Shown here: piece after piece, positions 15,701-28,849 of the stretch
Numbering within the stretch: the first letter of the stretch is position 1
How the letters are laid out: the number at the start of each line of letters is the position of its first letter
From: Chrysomallon squamiferum
Taxonomy: Eukaryota > Animalia > Mollusca
Assembly (NCBI GenBank): GCA_012295275.1
Contig: CM022665.1
Coordinates: 48,360,001 to 48,424,000 of the forward strand
Length of the DNA: 64,000 bases
Reading direction: 5' to 3'
Notes under the pieces: model-generated
Told to the model about the DNA's origin: nothing
Seen by the model: the letters and a program-made list of their open reading frames with translations, nothing else
Database searches by the model: none
Program-made: the position numbers and the translations under genes

Positions 15701-16767
15701 TTACACAACACAGTAGTTAATGTGTTTACACAACACTGTTGATGTGTTTACACACTGACAACACAAGAGTTAATGTGTTTACACAACACTGTTGATGTGT
15801 TTCTGTGACATGCACTTCTGTTGCAGTTCGGGTGCGTGGGCGTGTTTTGACGAGTTTAACCGCATCGACGTTGAAGTGTTGTCTGTCGTAGCTCAGCAGA
15901 TCACCACCATTCAGAAAGCGCAGCAGCAGAGGGTGAGAGTCAGAGTTATCTGCTCTTTGCCTACACCAGCTACTCGCCATTAGTTTTCATTTCTCAGCTT
16001 TCCTTTAAACTTGCTTCGTCATCAGCATGATTGTTTTCTATTGTTGTTGTCATTGTCGTTGTAGTTGTTGTTGTTGTTGTTTACTGTTTTGTTTTTCAGA
16101 GCACAGACCTGTGGAAATGTGCAGTTTGAAATTATGAAGTTTAATTTTTCAATTTTTTTTTTTTAAATTTATATAATAATTCTGTAAACAAAAGTTATTT
16201 ATTTATTAATATATTTTTTTTTTTTGCTTCACAAAATGTATTTATTTTTTAAATAATAATAATTGTTTTGTGAAGAAACTTTATTTTCAAATAATAATAT
16301 TTAATTTTAAAAATAATAAATATATATTATTTCAAATAATGGTAATAATAATACGAAGAAGAACTGAAGACTATTGTAAATGAAGTGACAGTATTTTCAG
16401 TGTCACTCACTGTTCCACAGTTCTGTGTTATTCTTTTCAGATGTTTTCTACTTCAGCTGATTTCCCAAACTGTTTCATTTTTTTCATAAATTAGAAAAAA
16501 TTCATCTTTCTGCAATAGAAAAAGTAGTTTTTCTTCATTTTAGCCATTTTTTTATATTTTTAATTTTTTAATACCATTTTTTTAAAAAGATATCTCATAA
16601 ACTTGCTTGATAGATTAAAATGATGCTGTACTGACACTGATGTTGTTGTTGCTGCTGTTGTTATCTGTCTGATGATGCCTTATTTCTGATGACTAACTTT
16701 TTGATCAGTAGTTAGTTGTTTCAGTCTTTATCTTTTCTTTTTAGGCTTTTATTAAAAATTATTTAAT

Positions 16768-16798
<31 letters not shown>

Positions 16799-16832
16799 TT
16801 ATTTTATTATTTATTTATTTATTATAATTTTG

Positions 16833-16872
<40 letters not shown>

Positions 16873-18085
16873 TTTTTAATTCTTTTTTTTTTTTTTTTTT
16901 TAAATGTAAAACCATAATGAGAATTTGAAAATCACTTGGAAATGTAAAATTGTGTTTTATAATCAGTAGAAAGCAAGGTTTGTTAAAATAGAACATACAG
17001 TGAAATATATATATTTACCTGTTGTTTGTTGTCAAGAGTAAGTTTGTTGTTGGAATGTCTGAATATAAGAAAACTGGAATTTGATTTGATTAACTACTGA
17101 GTTAGCATATTTTGACATTTAATATAATTTCTAAGTACAGAAACTTAAATCAGACAGCTTGATTCTGATTTGGTTTTATTTTCCTCTAGATGCACTAGAT
17201 GTTATTATTATATATATTTTTATTTTTTTTTAAATTTGCTTGAAGACTTTACAAAAGTTGCCTCTTACTGCCTGACATTTAAATGTTTTTGATTTGTTTT
17301 GTTACTTGTGACATTGTTGTTGAGTTGTGCTTGTTTCTAATGACGATGTTCACTCTAGTTCCGGAGCCTGGGCCTGCTTTGACGAGTTTAACCGTATTGA
17401 CATAGAGGTGCTGTCTGTCGTTGCCATGCAAATCATGACAATAACCAGAGCCCAGCTGGAGAAGGTACATCTTGTGTTGTGTTTCACTGGGCATGGAAGA
17501 ACAGCAAAGGGCTTGTGTTGTGTTTCACTGGGCATGGAACAACACAGGGCTTGTGTTGTGTTTCACTGGGCATGGAACAACACACATGGCTTGTGTTGTG
17601 TTTCACTGGGCATGGAACAACACACAGGGCTTGTGTTGTGTTTCACTGGGCATGGAACAACACACATGGCTTGTGTTGTGTTTCACTGGGCATGGAACAA
17701 CACACATGGCTTGTGTTGTGTTTCACTGGGCATGGAACAACACACATGGCTTGTGTTGTGTTTCACTGGGCATGGAACAACACAGGGCTTGGAAACACTC
17801 CCTCCTCCTCCCAGTCTAATAATAATAATAATAATAATAATTACATTACCAGTTTTACAGTGGTTTTTGTTTTGTTTTTTAACACATTTTGTTTCCTGCT
17901 TATTTATTTCAGTTTTGCTGCTTTGTTTGCTTTGAATTGCTTTGTTGTGTTTGTTTTTTTTGTTTTTCTTAATTTATTAATTTTTGTTTAATAAATATCC
18001 CTTCCTTAAACCTTTAAAACCTTTTTTAAAAAGCACATGCTTCCTTGTTACTTGAAATATTGTTTAATATCCAAGAAGAAATTAC

Positions 18086-18121
<36 letters not shown>

Positions 18122-19815
18122 TAATAATAATAATAATAATAATAATAAGAAGAAGAACTTGTAGTTTTACATACTTGATAAAAGACAAATCAAACAGGCA
18201 ATTTGTCAATGATATTAAGGTTTTTTTAGCTGATTATATATATATTTTTTTGTCACCTATTTTGATCATTATTCAGTTTTATATTATTTCATTTTGTTAT
18301 AATAATGATTATTATTATTATTTATTTATTTGTTTTATTCAAAAAGAAAAGAAAAAGAGCATAATTTCTAGTCTTTCTTTGTTTTTTTTTTTATCAGATT
18401 TGGGTTGAAGTATATTGTTATATTAGTTTTCAGTTCACATAATTCATTAAGGCATGAGTTAAAGTAACAAATTTTTGTCTGTGAACATTCAAAAACAAAA
18501 ATTAATTTGTTCATATATCCATCCATCATTCTGTTCATATATCCATCCATTTGTTCATGTATCCATTCATCTTCTGTTCATATATCCATCCATTTGTTCA
18601 TATATCCATCCATCTGTATGTACATCTATCCATGCACATAACAGTGTTTGTTGTATTTTACTTTACTAATGCATGAATCACATCAGGTTTCTCTTTCCTT
18701 GCACCTTCTGTTTAGTTTATTAAACACAGTTATATTCATCATTTGTTTTATTATATTTGCTTTTAATATAACAAATTTTACAAATTTAAGTTTCATGATC
18801 ATAATTTCCATATTTTAATTTCACACCTTTTTGTTTTGGTTTTTATTTAAATATTTGTGACCAGTTAAAAATGCTTTTTTTTTTTTTTTTTTTTTTTTAG
18901 AAAGTTTTATTTCAAATATATTTTAACAACAAACAGTATTTGTTTTTATTTACATTGAACTAGAAGTTAGTTGCAATGGTAACTGTTTAAATAGTAAAAG
19001 TTGAAAAAGAAACTGTTGTAGAAGTGGAATTCTTTGTTTGAAATGGTAACAGCTGTGTTAAAACTGTGTTACAACTGTGTTACAACTGTGTTAGAACTGT
19101 GTTAAAACTGTTACAACTGTGTTAAAGCTGTGTTAAAACTGTGTTAAAAATGTGTTAGAACTGTGTTAAAGCTGTGTTACAGCTGTGTTAAAGCTGTGTT
19201 ACAGCTGTGTTAAAGCTGTGTTAAAGCTGTGTTAAAGCTGTGCTGTGTGTGTTACAACTGTGTTAAAGCTGTGTTACAACTGTGTTAAAGCTGTGTTGTG
19301 TGTGTTTTCAGGTTGACAGGTTTATCTTTGAGGGAGTGGAGTTGGTGTTGAAGGCTTCGTGTGCTGTGTTTATCACCATGAACCCCGGCTACGCTGGCCG
19401 CACAGAGCTGCCCGACAATCTCAAAGTAAAACACAAACATCTTTTAATTTAAAACAAATTTTTAATTTTTTTTAAATTTCAATTTATTTTTTTATTTTTT
19501 TTTTTTTATTTATGTTTATTATTTATTTTCCTTTTATTATCTTCTTTTTTTAAAATTTATTTTCTTATTAATTTTGTTTATTTATTATATTTTTTATTTA
19601 TTTGTTTATTTATTATATTTATTTATTTATTTGTTATTATTATTATTTTTTTTTTTTTTGTTAGTGGTGGGGGTTTTTTTAAATGTAATTTACATATTTT
19701 TGTTAGGTTATTTCTTAATTATTTTTATTATAATTTTTAAATATTTGTTATATTTTAATTTTTTATTTGTTTATTTATTTAATTTTTAATTTTATTATTT
19801 ATTTATTATTATTAT

Positions 19816-19866
<51 letters not shown>

Positions 19867-22800
19867 CATCATCATCATTATTCATGTTTTTTTTTTTTTA
19901 AAATACACATCTGATAAAACTGAGGTAAAAGAAAAACTAATTTCTCAAATCCACTTTAAGAAATGTAAGAATATCTAGCACTGTTAATGTAAGTGTGACT
20001 TGTTCTGGTTGCAGGCTCTGTTCAGACCTGTTGCTATGATGGTGCCAGACTATGCCCTGATTGCAGAAATCAGTCTGTTCTCATTTGGTTTCTCTGAGGC
20101 CAGAAATCTGTCCAAGAAAATTGTCACCACATTCAAACTGTCATCAGAACAGCTCAGCTCTCAAGTAAGTTATTTTATTTTATTTTATGGTTTTATAATT
20201 TCTATATAAATTAGATAGTAAGCAAATTGGAATTGTTGTTCATTCTGAAGTATCTTTTTTACTTTTTATTTTTATCATTTTTTTGTACATTTATATGTTA
20301 ATAAATAGCAAGCACATTCAAATTATTGTCAGTTCTCAAGTAACCCTTTTGTAATTTATTTTTAATATAAATTTATATGCTAATAAGTTTTTACATCTTT
20401 ATTTTTTAATATAAATGTATGTGATGATAAGTAAATAGTATTACATTAAAATTGTTGTCAGTGCTGAAGTAACTTTTTTATGTTTTTACTGTTAATATAA
20501 AGTTAAAAAAATTGAAAGAAAACATCAACTGCTACTTAGTTATAGTTATTATTACTATTTTTATCAATTTTATTATTAGTGTTATTATTGTTATAAATAT
20601 TGTTATTTTATTATTATTATTATTATTATTATTGTTATTATTGTTACTATTATTACTGTTAATACTATTACTATGATTATTATTATTATTATAATTATTA
20701 TTATTATTATTTTTTATTATTGTTATTATTGTTATTGTACTGAGTGTTATGTGTTTGACTAGGATCATTATGACTTTGGTATGAGGGCTGTGAAGAGTGT
20801 AATTTCAGCAGCAGGAAATCTCAAACGACAGTACCCAGACATGGACGAGGTTTGTCGTTTTCTAAATACATTTTCTGATAAATATTATCTTAACTGTTGT
20901 TACTTCCAGTTCAGTGTACTGTTTATATCTAAATATATTTTCTGTTGTACATTGTCTTAGTCGTTATTTGCAGTTAAGTCTAGTGTTTATATCTAAGTAC
21001 ATTTTCTATTGTATAGTCTCTTAGTTGTTATCTTCACTTTCTTTTTCAGTTTATATCTAAATATATTTTCTGTTGTATATTGTCTTAGTTATTATTTGTA
21101 CATCAAACATCAACAACTAATTAAGTGTTGAAGTAACAGACAACACAAGACAAGACAGCTTTTAATCCAGGATAAAGACCATAGGACCATAATACAGTCA
21201 CAAACTGTCAAACAGTGTTTGCACATTTTACTGTTGGTATATTTTAAATATTTAAATATTTCTAAGTTTTTAGCAGTTTATAAAAGATAAAGTCATACAT
21301 TAAATAACCCATTCAGATTATCTGATGTTAGAGCACCTCAGTGGGAAGATAATGTTTATGAATATTTTTAGTTCACAAGTGGATTTTTTCATTTCTTGTT
21401 TGTCTAGGAGCTGATTGCACTGAGAGCCATCAGAGATGTGAATGTGCCCAAGTTTCTGGTGGATGATCTCAAACTGTTCAGTGGTATTGTGTCTGATCTC
21501 TTTCCTAACATCAAGTAAGTAGTGTGAATTTACTAATTACATAGTAAATATCTAACAATACAGCTAGTGTCAAAGACATCTTATTGTTCTTGTTAGACTT
21601 GTGTATGTCTCAGTTTAAACTGTTCAGTGGTATTGTGTCTGATCTGTTTCCTAACATCAAGTAAGTAATGTGAATTTACTAATTACATAGTAAATATCTA
21701 ACAATACAGCTATTGTCAAAGACATCTTATTGTAAAGTTCATCTAAACAATACAGCTAGTAAATATCTAACAATACAGCTAGTGTCAAAGACATCTTATT
21801 GTTCTTGTTAGACTTGTGTGTGTCTCAGTTTAAACTATTCAGTGGTATTGTGTCTGATCTGTTTCCTAACATCAAGTAAGTATGAACCACTTTGAAATTA
21901 CTAATTACATAGTAAATACCTAACAATACAGCTACTGTTAAAGCATTTGTCTAAAGCATTTCAATGTTCTTGTTAGACTTGTGAGTCTAGATTGAAACTG
22001 TTTTTTTAAAAAGTAAAAATTAATTCAAGAGTTTGGTTAAGGCAGTGTTGAGATTTGTGGTTCATCTGTTTGTATGATTGTGTATTTTTTTTCGAGTAGC
22101 AGTTTGGAAAAAGCAGAAGAGTAAGTATCAAAGGAAAGATAAAGATTACAAATCACTTTAAAAACTGTCACTCGAGTAGATCACAGTCTCAAATAGTTTG
22201 AAACCGTCATTTTAGATGGTTTTTAAATAGACATGACAGGTGGTTTGAAACTGTCACGTTGAAATTTTTTAAATTGTCACTTTTAATAATTCAAAACTTT
22301 TCACTGAGACTGGTTTAAAATTGTCACTAAAAAATTTGTGAATGTCACTTAGAATAGTTTAAAATTGTCACATTGAATAGTTTAAAGCTGTCACTATGTC
22401 TGGTTTAAAACTTGTCACTTTGTCTTGTTTATAATTGTCATTTTGAATAGTTTAAAAATGTCGGTTTATGACTGGTTTAGTATTGTCACTGAATAGTTTA
22501 TGAACATCACTTTGAATAGTTTAAAATTGACACTTTGAATAGTTCAAAACCTTTGACCTGCCAAAAATGGCTGCTTCAGCATGATGGTGTTTGATAATTT
22601 ATGTATTAAAATTATCTCTCTGAATGGTTAAAAACTGTCACATTGAATGGCTACAAAACACTTATTTTGGACAAAATATTTATGATTTAGTTTGAACACA
22701 ACACAAACTGATTGTTAAACAGAGATAAATTTACTGTAAGAACACCAGCATGAGAAGAAAATATTTTCACATTTCTTTTTATATACAACAATTGCTGCAG

Positions 22801-25136
22801 TGAAATGTAGTTTGTGATATCTCACCTGATGCATCAAATTAAACACTTATATTTCTCCTTTTATTTTTATTATTATTATTATGATTATTATTATTCTTTC
22901 TTGGTCATATCAACACAAGCAGCATTGAATCACAGACAGCAGATTAAAAAAATATGTTATCTCTAAATGTAATTTCAAATTTAAATGAAAACATATAAAG
23001 AGAATTTTCATTGCATTTAATCATATTGCAAAGAAATATTTATTTGTTGAGAAAACAGAACTACTACTGACATAATGTTTTAATGTTAAAAAGAAATATT
23101 TTTAATGTAGAGAACTTCTAATAGTGCAAATATATGTTTTTGTCAAAATGTTATTAAAGAGCCTATTACTGGTAATAATAATGAAAGTAAATGTTTTCAG
23201 AGAGGAGCCTATTGACTATGGAGCTCTTGAAACTTCGCTCAGAAAGAGCTGTCTGAAGTCAGGACTCAAAGATGTTGACGGTAAAAAAAATTATTTGTCA
23301 CTTTACATTTAGTAATAATATAAGATTATCTGTCTTGTTAAAAATAAGTAACTATAAAATAATCTTGTTTTCTTTTTTTTTCTAATACATTGATGTTAAA
23401 TAAGTATTTTATATTAAAAGTGTAATGTTGTAATTTTTATATACTAGTAATATTTTATTTATGATTAATAAATAATTATTGTATATATTAAAGGCATAAT
23501 ATTGTAATTTTGCAAAAATAATGTTATTTTATGCACTGATGTTAAATCATTGTTATTTTATATGTTGATATTTAATAATTAGTATGTATACTAAAAATGT
23601 AACAATATATAGAAACTATAATGTTTATATATGTGTGTCTATATAATAATAATGTTGTAAATAACTATTATATATTCAGATTTTATCAAGATGTGTGTAC
23701 AGCTGTATGATACTACTGTGTTTTTGTTGTGTGTATATAACATGTTACTGCATACAGTGATGTTAAATAATCACTATATAATAAAAATATAATTACTGTA
23801 AATTCAGGTTTTATCAAGAAGTACATACAGCTGTATGATACTACTGTGTTTTTGTTGTGTGTATATAACATGTTACTGCATACAGTGATGTTAAATAATC
23901 ACTATATAATAAAAATATAATTACTGTAAATTCAGGTTTTATCAAGAAGTGCATACATCTGTATGAAACTACTGTGTTTTTGTTGTGTGTATATAACATG
24001 TTATTGCATACACTGATATTAATCACTCTATAATAAAAATAAAACTATTCTTTACTCAGGTTTTATCAAGAAGTGCATACAGCTGTATGAAACGACTGTC
24101 GTCAGACATGGTCTCATGTTGGTAGGACCCACAGCTTCAGGAAAAACAAAGGTTAGTTTAACATTCTGAAATATTAAATACAAACCAGAAAATCCTTCAC
24201 TGGCAGTTTAATTATTGTGTCTTACAGGCGCACACCTCATAGTTTGAGTTTGAAAAGATTCATGTCAGTTTGTAAGTAAAGTGTATTTGAAGAAAAGGTG
24301 ATGATGGGGCTGTGATATATTAATAGATATCTTACAGTGCTAAACAGAAAATCCGGATATTAGAGATTTCAGTAGGAGTATATAGTATTCTATGCTTAAT
24401 ATCACATATATATAATAATTAAAATTCTAAACTATATAGTATTATGATATTAATATCATAAATAATCAACATTCTGTATAGGTATATATTACACTGGTGT
24501 TTAATGTCACATATAAATAATAAACATGATATATAATAATATATTACACTGATATATTTAACATCATATTTGATAATAAGCATTATATATAAGACTGTAT
24601 TACACTGGTGTTTGCTATCAGATACTAATAACTAATTGTTTTCTCACAGTGTTACCAGATTCTTCAGAAAGCGATGTCCTCACTGAAAGGACAACCCTCT
24701 CCGGCTGGGATAGACTTCGAAACAGTTCAAACGTTCATCCTCAACCCCAAGTCTATCACAATGGGGCAGCTGTATGGAGAGTTCGACATTCTCACTCACG
24801 AATGGTAAGTCTTAGTTACAAAAACACAAGTCTATCACAATGGGGCAGCTGTACGGAGAGTTCGACATCCTCACTCACGAATGGTAAGTCTTGTTTACAA
24901 AAACACAAGTCTATCACAATGGGGCAGCTGTATGGAGAGTTCGACATCCTCACTCACGAATGGTAAGTCTTAGTTACAAAAACACAAGTCTATCACAATG
25001 GGGCAGCTGTACGGAGAGTTCGACATCCTCACTCACGAATGGTAAGTCTTAGTTACAAAAACACAAGTGTTTCACAATGAAGAAGAAATCACTGATCAGA
25101 GGAGGAGCATCTGCTACAGACACACACACAGACACA

Positions 25137-25174
<38 letters not shown>

Positions 25175-25733
25175 TACAAACACACACACATACACAGACA
25201 CACACACATACTCACACACACACATGTATATAATAAACATTGTGACAAGTTGGTTTGTTTGTACAGGACTGATGGTATTTTGTCCTCACTGATACGAGGA
25301 GGAGCATCTGCTACAGACACAGACTACAGGTGGTTCATATTCGACGGTCCGGTTGACGCTGTGTGGATAGAAAACATGAACACCGTCCTCGACGACAACA
25401 AGAAACTCTGCCTGAGCAGCGGAGAAATCATCAAACTATCTGATGTGAGTTTTTATCTGGTTTTTTATACATCCACACACCTATACAAACACCCTGTGTA
25501 AGCATTTGATGAAGAAGAAGAACAAAGGAAATTACTAATATATATATATTTATATCAACTTGTTACCTCTTCTTGACACTTTGGTATATTTTCATAATGT
25601 CAGAATTTGTTTTTCTTTTATAAGATTTCACTTGATTCAGAAATGTTTATTGTTTGTAAGATATATAAACAGTGTTAAAATTAAATTTTTACCAAAAACT
25701 AAACCCTTAGTACTTTATGTGTTTTTTATTATT

Positions 25734-25808
<75 letters not shown>

Positions 25809-25923
25809 TTTTTGTTTATTTATTTTTATTTATTTTGTTTTATTTTATTTATTTATTCATTAACTTGTATATTTATTTATTTGGTTATTTATATTTTTAT
25901 TACTTCTTTTTTTATTTATTTTC

Positions 25924-25958
<35 letters not shown>

Positions 25959-26425
25959 CTAACTTACTTGCTTACTTATTTCTAGGGAATGACTATGATG
26001 TTTGAGGTGGCTGATCTGGCGGTGGCATCGCCTGCCACTGTGAGTCGCTGCGGCATGGTTTACCTGGAGCCCAGCTACATCGGACTTGAACCATTTGTTG
26101 AGTGCTGGCTGAAAAAACTTCCTGACAACATCTACCCTTACAGAGAAAAACTTCAGTCTCTGTTTGACCAGTTCTTGCAGGTTTGTTTTAATTTACACTG
26201 TTACCTTTTATACTTTTATCATTGTTTTATATTTCAGGTTGTTGTCAAGTTTTTACATGAGAGATAATCTTTTGTTATTATTTTATATCATTATAAATTA
26301 TTATATATTTTATTTTGTTATTACATTATTTATTTCATTTTATTTTAAATCATTATAAATTATAATATATTTAATTTTATGTTATTACATTATGTATTTT
26401 ATTATTATTTTAAATCATTATAAAT

Positions 26426-26467
<42 letters not shown>

Positions 26468-26528
26468 TTTATTATTATTTTATATTATTGAATCATATGT
26501 ATTTCATTATAATAGTATATTATTACAT

Positions 26529-26614
<86 letters not shown>

Positions 26615-28818
26615 CATTACTGTTTTGTATGATTATATTTTATACTGTACTGTTACTGTGTGTTTCAGCCTGTCAGCCTGTCATCAAGTTTGTGCGGAAT
26701 CACATGAAGGAGATTGTGTCCACAGTGGACGGAAACCTCGTGTTCAGCATCCTCAAACTGCTTGACTGCTTCTTCTCACCTTTCATACCTAAAGAGGTAC
26801 TTTACCTGTTCTCACCTGTAGTCAGCACTGTTAACTAGCACGTGTGTGATCATTAATACCTGTTTGTAGACGTGTATACTAATAAATTTAGGATTACATC
26901 GTTACCTATTTTATTACCCTTTCCAGGTTTTTTTGTCAGTGAATTTAAAAAAAAAAATGTTTAGTTAAAGAACAATATCTAAATTTTATATCAAGGTTTA
27001 TATATATATATATACTGTTTTTTTGGAGGTTCTATTTTTTTTTTTTTTTTTTTAAGGGGTATGATGGTTTTCTTTTTTTAATAATAATATTTGAATATTT
27101 TTAACAATCAATTTTCATATTTTTTCTCAGTATCAGTCACAAGTAATAATATTTTTTATTGAAAGAAAAAATGTCACTAATGATTCATTCAACTAGGATG
27201 GCTAATATAATGAATAAACTTATTCTTATCTTCTTATCTTAACTTTTGCAACTCAGTAAATAATGTGTAAACTAGTAATTTTCTTATCTATTACAATTTA
27301 GTAAATAATGTAATAATTACTAATTCTGTTATCTTTTACTGAGTAAAGAGATTATTAATTTACTTCTGTGTAAAATTTCACTTTATGGAAAACAAAAAAA
27401 ATCACTTTCATTTGCTGCTAATTTCACATAGTCACACAGTAAATGTTCACAGTTTTTAGTTTTCTGATTCAATTACAGCTAATAATTAAATTTTTTATTT
27501 CTTTACTTTTATTTTGTTTTAATTTTTATTTTTTTATTTTTTAAATTATTATTTTAATTTTTTTTTTTTTTTTTTTTTTTTTTTAAGGGATTAGTGCTTT
27601 TGGGGATTTTTTTATATTTTTTGGTTTATTTGGTTTTATTTTTCCCAAAGTTAGATAAGAATGCAAAACACTGGAAATGTGATTAAAATTTACACTAAAT
27701 GTTGTTGCATGATAATTACATGTGTGTTAGCCTCCAACTAATAGAAATTTACACAAAATTTACACTAAAACATTACCATAGTGAATTACGTGTGTCAGCT
27801 TTTGTAGCACCTGTTTTTAGTTAAGTGTGTGTGTGTGCTGTACATGTTTGTTGCTGATGTTTATTAATGATGCTGTTTTTGTGCTTCATTCACCCATGTT
27901 TTTACTGCACTGTGCTGTGTGACTCACTGACTTGCAGGCTCGACAACGCAGAGTGGTAAGACGTGTCACCTTTTTTATCTTCACAGTTCACTTGTTTTAT
28001 TAACCTTTTCTTCTTTTTTCTTCTTTTTTCTCTTATTTTAAAAAAACAACAACAAAAAACAACTATAATAGCACTTGATTTTTATATAATTTTTAGAACA
28101 TGCAATTTGTAAAAAATAAGCTAAAAATTATAATATGCTTAATTCATTTAGATGCAGGTTTTTTTGTTGTTTTTCAATTTCATGATTTGTCTTTCAGTTT
28201 TAAACTTTAAAAAAAAAAAGATTAAATAAAAAATTAAAAAAGATTAAAATCTTAATCCAAGGCTTGCCTTTTCATAAAATCTACTAACATTAATTAATTT
28301 TTTGTTGATAATTCTGGCTTGAAATAAAATTAACATGCTTTTTAAAAAAATATATATATACATATCCTTTCTTTTCCTATTTTTAAATTTGCTTTCATGG
28401 AGATGACAACTTTCTTTTACATTTCTTATGTGTTGTAATCATAAAGATTCTTTTTCACAAGTTCATTTTTGTCATTATAGTACAAACCAAAAAACATTAT
28501 ATACAAACACATATGTAGAAACTGTTCAATAGAACTACACCATTATCACTATCTATGCTGGGGTCTGAAAAAGCACACCACCCAGAAAATATATTTAAAA
28601 ATAATTTAATGTTTTTAAATGTTTGAGCAGGAAGAATTTTATTTTAAACAAAGCTTCATCAGGACACAAGCTTGTCGTAATCATTTCTGTTCACTTAAAT
28701 GTGTTTAAATTCTAGAATTTCATTCATATTTACTCACAAGTTTGTCTTCACTCTTTGATTTTATTTTTATTATTATTATTATTATTATGGGTCAGGTTCA
28801 CTATTATATACATATACA

Positions 28819-28849
<31 letters not shown>

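Noticed and set aside
15827-17464. Duplicate exon as a haplotype or assembly duplication
   Set aside because: The flanking introns are unrelated and the copies are heavily diverged at silent sites.
17470-17790. CRISPR-like palindromic repeat array
   Set aside because: Units are directly adjacent with no unique spacers, there are no cas genes, and the context is a eukaryotic intron.
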